Shown: positions 38,658-43,426 of the stretch, in pieces | Position numbering within the stretch: the stretch's first letter is position 1 | How the letters are laid out: every line of letters starts with the position of its first letter | From: an uncultured Candidatus Saccharibacteria bacterium | GTDB taxonomy: Bacteria > Patescibacteriota > Minisyncoccia > Phycocordibacterales > UBA9973 | NCBI GenBank assembly: GCA_964623415.1 | Contig: CAZUUH010000002.1 | Location: forward strand, 1 to 43,426 | Reading direction: 5' to 3' | Length of the DNA stretch: 43,426 bases | Translations under genes and position numbers: made by a program | Notes under the pieces: model-generated | What the model was told of the DNA's origin: nothing | The model's database searches: none | Seen by the model: only the letters and a program-made list of their open reading frames with translations

Positions 38658-39668
38658 ATGATCAATAAAAAAATAAAATTTATCCTTTTGGCATTTACGA
38701 TTCTTTTACCTTTTTTGTTTCAATCTTCAGTTTCTGCAGAGATTTTGTTTTCTTCTTTTAGTCCTAGTTCTGCAAAGGTTGGTGATATTATAACGATTTC
38801 AGGTCAAGAATTTTTTAATATAAATAAAGTCTTTTTTAAGAATATAAACGGTTCTAATATTGAGGCATATATAATTGCTATTAATGAAAATTCTATAAAA
38901 GTTAAAGTTCCAGAAAATGTTGGAGATGGTAAAATTACTATTCAGACTGTAAAGACTGGTGGTATTACCAATGAATATACTTCTTCACAAATATTCAAAA
39001 CATTCATGCCTTCGTTTGATTTTTCACCTAAGAGTGGTAAAGAAGGAGATGAGGTTGTTATTAGTAGTAATGATAATATTTCAGGTGTGAGTGCTGTTTT
39101 ATTTGGAGGTGTATCTTCTATACCAATAATTAATAATGAAAATTTTATTCAAGTACTTGTTCCTAGGAATGCTAAAACTGGTAAAATAATTATTAAGACG
39201 GATAAATATGGTGATGTTGCAAGTTTAATTGATTTTAGATTAGAAGATATTTTAAATAGTTCTACAACAACTGGAAATGTTATAGATAAACAGAAAGAAG
39301 ATGTATCGTTAGATTATAATCATCCAACAATAAAATTTAATGGTATTGTTCCTATTTGTAATGTTGATGGAATAAATGAAAAGACTGGAGATTACATTAA
39401 TAACTGTGATTTTGAGGATTTAATGGCTTTAGTCAATAAATTTATTAATTTTATTTTAATAACTTTAGCTACACCACTTTTTGCATTAATAATGATATAT
39501 GTAGGGTTTATATATTTGACTTCTGGTGGTGACTCAGGAAAGATATCTTCTTCGAAGAAGATATTTCAGAATGCTTTTTTGGGTTATATTATTGCTTTAG
39601 CTTCTTGGTTAATTATTAAAACAATCTTAACTTCATTTGGTTATGTTGATATAAGTAAGTGGTTTTAA
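38658..39668 (+). CDS. Signal peptide + 2x IPT/TIG domains + C-terminal VirB2/TrbC-like (CPR T4SS-pilin-type) two-TM domain
   Basis: Signal peptide ends in SVSA-E. The TIG repeats are FSPSSAKVGDIITISGQEF...VPENVGDGKITIQT and FSPKSGKEGDEVVISS...VPRNAKTGKIIIKT. The C-terminal block is IVPICN...NNCDFEDLMALVNKFINFILITLATPLFALIMIYVGFIYLTSGGDSGK...FLGYIIALASWLIIKTIL. Confidence 0.65.
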   Translation: MINKKIKFILLAFTILLPFLFQSSVSAEILFSSFSPSSAKVGDIITISGQEFFNINKVFFKNINGSNIEAYIIAINENSIKVKVPENVGDGKITIQTVKTGGITNEYTSSQIFKTFMPSFDFSPKSGKEGDEVVISSNDNISGVSAVLFGGVSSIPIINNENFIQVLVPRNAKTGKIIIKTDKYGDVASLIDFRLEDILNSSTTTGNVIDKQKEDVSLDYNHPTIKFNGIVPICNVDGINEKTGDYINNCDFEDLMALVNKFINFILITLATPLFALIMIYVGFIYLTSGGDSGKISSSKKIFQNAFLGYIIALASWLIIKTILTSFGYVDISKWF

Positions 39669-39689
39669 ATTATTATTTAATTTTATTCT

Positions 39690-40097
39690 ATGAAAATTTT
39701 TAAAGATAAAAAATATACATTTTTTTCAAAATTATTAAAAGGAGGATTGATTTTTGTATTTGCTTTTTCTGTATTTCTACCAGGTGTTATTGTTTATAGT
39801 GATCAGACTGTGCAAACAAAAATCGAAAATCCATTAGGAGAAAATGGTCCGCAAGATATACCAGATTTTATCGATAGAGCAATTGATATTGTGTTGGTTG
39901 TAGGTGTACCTATTGTTGTTCTTGCTATAATATATAGTGGTTTTCTTTTTGTTTCTGCACAAGGAAATTCTGAAAAACTTAAAAAAGCAAAGCAAGCAAT
40001 TTTATATAGTATTATAGGAGCAGTTTTACTTTTAGGGGCGTTTGTTATAGCAAATGCTATTTCAGATACGGTTAAAGATATAGAGAAGGGTGCTTAG
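39690..40097 (+). CDS. Small VirB2/TrbC-like pilin-family protein (signal/anchor + two TM helices)
   Basis: 135 aa. A hydrophobic leader is followed by IPDFIDRAIDIVLVVGVPIVVLAIIYSGFLFVSAQGNSEKLKKAKQAILYSIIGAVLLLGAFVI. Confidence 0.55.
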   Translation: MKIFKDKKYTFFSKLLKGGLIFVFAFSVFLPGVIVYSDQTVQTKIENPLGENGPQDIPDFIDRAIDIVLVVGVPIVVLAIIYSGFLFVSAQGNSEKLKKAKQAILYSIIGAVLLLGAFVIANAISDTVKDIEKGA

Positions 40098-40143
40098 TTA
40101 CAATAATGGTCGATTATTTAAATAAAGTTTATTTATAAAAATT

Positions 40144-40473
40144 ATGAATATATTACCAATTGCAGAAGCTGCAGGACCAGTAACAGATATAACAAGTTTA
40201 ATAACATTCTTATCTGATATATTATCGAATGCGATTCTTCCTCTTCTTATAACACTAGCTGTCATAGGTTTTGTCTTTGGAATTATAAAATATTTAGTTG
40301 CAGGAGATAATGAAGAAAAGCGTAAGAAGGGTAAGGAATTTATGACTTGGGGTTTGGTATCTTTATTTGTTATGGTTAGTTTCTGGGGGATAATATCAAT
40401 TTTTCAGAAATCATTTAATGTAACAGAAGATGGAAGTAATATTAGGATTCCGAGGATTCCAGAGTCAAATTAA
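40144..40473 (+). CDS. Small VirB2/TrbC-like pilin-family protein
   Basis: 109 aa: LPLLITLAVIGFVFGIIKYLVAGDNEEKRKKGKEFMTWGLVSLFVMVSFWGII. It is a paralog of the two following ORFs. Confidence 0.6.
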   Translation: MNILPIAEAAGPVTDITSLITFLSDILSNAILPLLITLAVIGFVFGIIKYLVAGDNEEKRKKGKEFMTWGLVSLFVMVSFWGIISIFQKSFNVTEDGSNIRIPRIPESN

Positions 40474-40495
40474 GCTTGTTCTAGTATTGTATTAT

Positions 40496-40504
40496 TGTTA
40501 TAAT
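40496..40504 (+). promoter_or_regulatory. Internal extended -10 box TGTTATAAT (a second TATAAT at 40521-40526) upstream of the ORF at 40566
   Basis: Read directly from the 92-nt spacer between two pilin-like genes. Confidence 0.35.
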
Positions 40505-40565
40505 ATATAGAGAGTTTGTTTATAATTATTAGTTTGGTCGCTTATTATTAAGAATTTAAAAATAT

Positions 40566-40919
40566 ATGAAAAAATTTGTATTATTTGGTTTAGTTTCATC
40601 TTTTTTGCCAGTTGCAGCTTTTGCAGCAGCAGATTTGGGTGATGTTTTAGCAAAACTTATAGGTTATCTTAACTATATTGTTCCGGCATTGATTACTGTT
40701 GCTGTGGTTTACTTTGTTTGGGGAGTTATTTCTTTTATTACTTCAAGTGAAGAAGAAGCTAAGAAAAAAGGTAAAACAAAGATAATCAATGGTCTTATCG
40801 GCTTATTTGTTATTGTTTCTTTCTGGGGAATTATTGCTATAGTTCAAAGAAGTTTAGAAGTTAATCCTTATCCATCTGGAGATATTGTTCCAGATGTTCC
40901 TACAAGAATTAATAATTAA
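40566..40919 (+). CDS. Small VirB2/TrbC-like pilin-family protein with classical signal peptide
   Basis: 117 aa. The signal peptide is MKKFVLFGLVSSFLPVAAFAAA. It is followed by VPALITVAVVYFVWGVISFITSSEEEAKKKGKTKIINGLIGLFVIVSFWGII. Confidence 0.62.
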   Translation: MKKFVLFGLVSSFLPVAAFAAADLGDVLAKLIGYLNYIVPALITVAVVYFVWGVISFITSSEEEAKKKGKTKIINGLIGLFVIVSFWGIIAIVQRSLEVNPYPSGDIVPDVPTRINN

Positions 40920-40922
40920 TTT

Positions 40923-41192
40923 ATGAATTTATTTTTTACACCTATAGCTGAAGCAAGTGCGCAAACATTAATGAATAGTATAAATAAGGTTATAATTAAT
41001 CCACTTATTATTCTTTTGTTTTCTTTAGCTGTTGTGTACTTTATTTTGGGGCTTGTTAGATATCTATTATCTCCAGACAATGAAGATGTTAGAAAAACAA
41101 GTAAATCTCATATGTTTTGGGGTTTGGTAGGAATATTTATCATGCTTTCAGTTTATGGCATATTAAATATAATAGTTAATACTCTATCTTAA
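40923..41192 (+). CDS. Small VirB2/TrbC-like pilin-family protein
   Basis: 89 aa: INPLIILLFSLAVVYFILGLVRYLLSPDNEDVRKTSKSHMFWGLVGIFIMLSVYGIL. It starts 3 nt after the previous stop. Confidence 0.6.
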   Translation: MNLFFTPIAEASAQTLMNSINKVIINPLIILLFSLAVVYFILGLVRYLLSPDNEDVRKTSKSHMFWGLVGIFIMLSVYGILNIIVNTLS

Positions 41193-41212
41193 CTTACAAA
41201 CCCTTAGTATAC

Positions 41213-41244
41213 AAAAGACATCAGGCACGCCTGATGTCTTTTGT
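41213..41244. terminator. Strong bidirectional terminator closing the pilin-like operon (and the tRNA-Glu gene on the other strand)
   Basis: AAAAGACATCAGG-cacg-CCTGATGTCTTTT, a stem of about 13 bp, flanked by ACAAAA and TTTTGT. Confidence 0.75.
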
Positions 41245-41246
41245 AT

Positions 41247-41321
41247 TGGTGACCTTACCGGGAATCGAACCCGGATTACCGGCTTGAAAAGCCGATGTCC
41301 TAACCGTTAGACGATAAGGCC
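41247..41321 (-). tRNA. tRNA-Glu (anticodon UUC), CCA encoded
   Basis: The reverse complement is GGCCTTATCGTCTAACGGTTAGGACATCGGCTTTTCAAGCCGGTAATCCGGGTTCGATTCCCGGTAAGGTCACCA. Acceptor is GGCCTTA/TAAGGTC and the anticodon loop is TTTTCAA. Confidence 0.88.
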
Positions 41322-41383
41322 GAAATTAAAACTTAAATAGTATAGCATTTTTATCGAATTAATCAAATAGTCTAAAACAAACA

Positions 41384-41412
41384 ATGCTCGATCCTTAAGG
41401 GGAATCGAGCAT
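41384..41412 (-). terminator. Hairpin overlapping the stop codon of the 41395-41772 gene
   Basis: ATGCTCGAT-ccttaagggga-ATCGAGCAT (9 bp). The minus strand continues TTGTTTGTTTT. Confidence 0.45.
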
Positions 41413-41772
41413 ATCTTTGTACTTTTGATACCAAGGTTCTTTTTTGGCACTTTCGAGAAAGATTGTTAATTTCTCTCTCCCTTGAATTAGAACCTTTTCA
41501 ATATTTTCTTTTTTTATTGGATAGATTTCAATGAAATTCCAAAGATTTTCAGGAAATTCAGTTTTGTCTATCACAACAGTTTTTTCATCTTTTTTGGTTA
41601 CTCTTCTTATTTGAGTGGAACCATTGGAAAAAAATTTTACAGCAAAAATATCATATGTGATAGGTAAATCTTTTACATTCACCCTACCTTCAATCTTAGA
41701 TATTTTTAGACTGTCATCACTCGAAAGATCAAAAACAACTCCAGTAGAAGTTGTTGATTGTTGTTTTTTCAT
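41395..41772 (-). CDS. Hypothetical protein (125 aa)
   Basis: An ORF with no family that I recognise. I chose the ATG at 41772 (MKKQQSTT) because a TTGACT/TATAAT promoter (41800-41828, minus strand) lies downstream of the longer TTG start. Confidence 0.45.
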   Translation of the reverse strand: MKKQQSTTSTGVVFDLSSDDSLKISKIEGRVNVKDLPITYDIFAVKFFSNGSTQIRRVTKKDEKTVVIDKTEFPENLWNFIEIYPIKKENIEKVLIQGREKLTIFLESAKKEPWYQKYKDMLDSP

Positions 41773-41846
41773 AAGTATAAGATTTAGATTTATTGAAATA
41801 TTATAACTAATTTTTAAAAAAGTCAAGTTTTTTAAGTATTTTATTG

Positions 41847-41855
41847 TGATATAAT
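41847..41855 (+). promoter_or_regulatory. Extended -10 box TGATATAAT, 9 nt upstream of the gpmA-like ATG
   Basis: Read directly. Confidence 0.4.
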
Positions 41856-41864
41856 ATATAAATT

Positions 41865-42503
41865 ATGGATAATAAAGAATTAAATGGTTCACTCATTCTT
41901 ATACGACACCAAGAATCAGAATGGAATAAACTTGGTAAATGGACAGGTTTTGTTGATATTGGTTTATCAGAAGATGGTAAGTTGAAGGCAAAAGAAATTG
42001 GAGAAAAAATTAAAGACTTTAAATTTGATGATATTTTTATTTCAACTCTCAAAAGAACTAAGGAGACCCTTGATCAAATAATAAGTCAAAGAGAAGATAA
42101 AGATGAATGCATTTCAAAAATTGAAATTTCTTCAGCAATAAATGAACGTGATTATGGTGATTATACTGGTAAAAATAAATGGGAGATAGAAAAAGAAGTA
42201 GGGGAAGAAGAATTTAAGAGAATTAGACGTGGTTTTAGTCATCCTATTCCAGGAGGAGAAACATTAAAAATGGTTTATGAAAGATCTGTTCCTTTTTATA
42301 TAGAAAAGATTTTACCTTTAATAAAAAAGAATAAAAATGTTTTAATTGTTGCGCATGGTAATTCGATAAGATCATTAATTAAATATATTGAGAATATTTC
42401 AGATGAAGATATCTCAAACGTTGAAATGAATTTTGGAGACGTTTTAATTTATAAGGTTAACGATAAAGGTTATTTAGTTAAAAAAGATATAATAAATGTT
42501 TAG
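41865..42503 (+). CDS. gpmA: Histidine-phosphatase-superfamily protein, dPGM-like (2,3-BPG-dependent phosphoglycerate mutase family), atypical
   Basis: LILIRHQESEWNKLGKWTGFVDIGLSEDG, STLKRTKETL and VAHGNSIRSLIKYI match dPGM blocks. RHG is replaced by RHQ. The protein ends at 212 aa without the usual C-terminal tail. Confidence 0.7.
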   Translation: MDNKELNGSLILIRHQESEWNKLGKWTGFVDIGLSEDGKLKAKEIGEKIKDFKFDDIFISTLKRTKETLDQIISQREDKDECISKIEISSAINERDYGDYTGKNKWEIEKEVGEEEFKRIRRGFSHPIPGGETLKMVYERSVPFYIEKILPLIKKNKNVLIVAHGNSIRSLIKYIENISDEDISNVEMNFGDVLIYKVNDKGYLVKKDIINV

Positions 42504-42556
42504 TTTTACTTTTAAAATAAACATTTTTGATATATAATTTAATAGGTTTTCGAAAA

Positions 42557-42643
42557 GGAAGCGTGGCTGAGTGGTTGAAGGCACCGCTTTCGAAAAGCGG
42601 CAAGGGCGAAAGCTCTTCGTGAGTTCAAATCTCACCGCTTCCG
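42557..42643 (+). tRNA. tRNA-Ser (anticodon CGA), long variable arm
   Basis: Sequence is GGAAGCGTGGCTGAGTGGTTGAAGGCACCGCTTTCGAAAAGCGGCAAGGGCGAAAGCTCTTCGTGAGTTCAAATCTCACCGCTTCCG. Anticodon arm is CCGCT-TTCGAAA-AGCGG, and the long extra arm is typical of Ser. A TATAAT at 42533-42538 lies upstream. Confidence 0.88.
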
Positions 42644-42677
42644 CAGTCGTTTTTTATTAGTTAATTAATTATAAATT

Positions 42678-43355
42678 ATGAAAATTGAAACAAAAGATTT
42701 AGGTTTATATGTACTTGCTCTAGCTGTTGTAATTTTCTCTATAATGTTTTTTCTTTCAGCAAAGAATTTTTCTACTCAAGGAACTTACGTAGAGGTTAAG
42801 GGTTTATCTGAAAGAATTGTAAAAGCAGATACTGCTATTTGGTCGCTTAATTTTGAGGTTAGATCAAACGATATAGATTCTCTTTATGCAAAGATAGAAA
42901 AGGATACAAGTACAATTAAGTCTTTCTTAAAAGAAAAAGGTTTTGAAGATAGTGAGATAAATGTTGCACCTGTTAATATTTATCAAGATACTTATAAAGA
43001 AGCTTTATTTAGATATAATTCAAATATACAATTATCTGTCTACACTAAAAAAGTTGACCTAGTAAGGTCTTCATCACAAGATACATTATTGTTGGTTAAA
43101 AAGGGAGTAACCTTGAACCAAAATTATATTAATTTTGAATTTAGTGATTTGAATAGCATTAAGCCTGAAATGTTAACTGAAGCTATTTCTAAAGCTAGAC
43201 TTTCCGCTGATCAATTTGTAAATGATTCTGGATCAAAAATTTCTAAGATTTCAAGAGGGGATCAAGGGGTATTTAGTATTACAGAAAAAGACCCTGGTTC
43301 CCCTGAATATAAAAAGGTTAGAGTTGTTTCAACGTTAAGATTTCTTCTTAAATAA
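42678..43355 (+). CDS. SIMPL/DUF541-domain protein with N-terminal membrane anchor
   Basis: A TM is followed by YVEVKGLSERIVKADTAIWSLNFEV and the C-terminal VRVVSTLRFLL, a pattern typical of SIMPL-family proteins. Confidence 0.55.
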   Translation: MKIETKDLGLYVLALAVVIFSIMFFLSAKNFSTQGTYVEVKGLSERIVKADTAIWSLNFEVRSNDIDSLYAKIEKDTSTIKSFLKEKGFEDSEINVAPVNIYQDTYKEALFRYNSNIQLSVYTKKVDLVRSSSQDTLLLVKKGVTLNQNYINFEFSDLNSIKPEMLTEAISKARLSADQFVNDSGSKISKISRGDQGVFSITEKDPGSPEYKKVRVVSTLRFLLK

Positions 43356-43361
43356 GGTTTG

Positions 43362-43410
43362 AAAATACGTTAACTTTTTGATATAATTAAAAAGTTAACG
43401 TATTTTTTTT
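43362..43410 (+). terminator. Rho-independent terminator (18-bp stem) after the SIMPL gene
   Basis: AAAATACGTTAACTTTTT-gatataatt-AAAAAGTTAACGTATTTT followed by a T-run. The loop carries TGATATAAT. Confidence 0.75.
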
Positions 43411-43414
43411 ATTT

Positions 43415-43426
43415 GCGCGGTTAGCT
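43415..43426 (+). tRNA. Probable 5' end of a tRNA gene truncated by the window edge
   Basis: GCGCGGTTAGCT fits a 7-nt acceptor half plus U8, A9 and the start of a GCTC D-stem. Only 12 nt are visible. Confidence 0.3.

Noticed and set aside
17762-40540. The hexamer TGGTCG recurs just downstream of -10-like boxes at 17762, 40107 and 40535. It might be a shared leader or operator motif linking the ATPase and pilin-like modules.
   Set aside because: Spacing from the -10 box is inconsistent (11, 2 and 8 nt) and the flanks are not conserved. A 6-mer is expected a few times by chance in 43 kb.

Overview
This is an AT-rich, gene-dense chromosomal window with about 42 CDS, 4 complete tRNAs and probably a partial tRNA at the right edge. 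I saw no rRNA, CRISPR array, transposase, integrase or relaxase. The compact housekeeping genes, the weak Shine-Dalgarno usage and several characteristic families (lamin-tail-domain surface protein, CxxC-x17-CxxC zinc ribbon, small VirB2/TrbC-like pilin proteins) suggest a Patescibacteria/CPR (Parcubacteria-like) genome. That placement is an inference.

The housekeeping backbone is: tsf-rpsB; proS; mreBC; tgt-uvrB-uvrA-uvrC; ddl; gpsA; pyk-eno plus gpmA; guaC; lactate permease; hpf; lepB-hisS-fmt; pth; rpsA; gyrA.

Two accessory-looking modules stand out:
- Module 1 (16244-22219): two paralogous soluble TraD/VirD4-like P-loop ATPases flank an antisense 7-TM protein. The second ATPase carries a CxxC-x17-CxxC zinc ribbon and a long low-complexity tail, and it is 3 nt upstream of a membrane-anchored LTD-PKD-LTD surface protein.
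- Module 2 (36833-41192): one promoter-to-terminator unit encoding a SAM methyltransferase, an orphan membrane-anchored solute-binding-like protein, an IPT/TIG-pilin fusion, and four tandem small two-TM VirB2/TrbC-like pilin paralogs.

Together these look like parts of a reduced T4SS-like or DNA-handling envelope apparatus in a non-mobile context. No VirB4, VirB6, VirB8-11 or relaxase is present in the window.

Window-wide observations:
- TGA is never used as a stop codon (35 TAA, 7 TAG, 0 TGA).
- Many genes have an extended -10 box (TGnTATAAT) 6-13 nt from the ATG, which implies leaderless mRNAs.
- rpsA and rpsB instead have long leaders driven by TTGCAA-17-TATAAT-type promoters, and the rpsA leader contains a terminator-like hairpin.

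All protein calls rest on motif recognition by eye from the supplied translations. No database search or folding calculation was possible.
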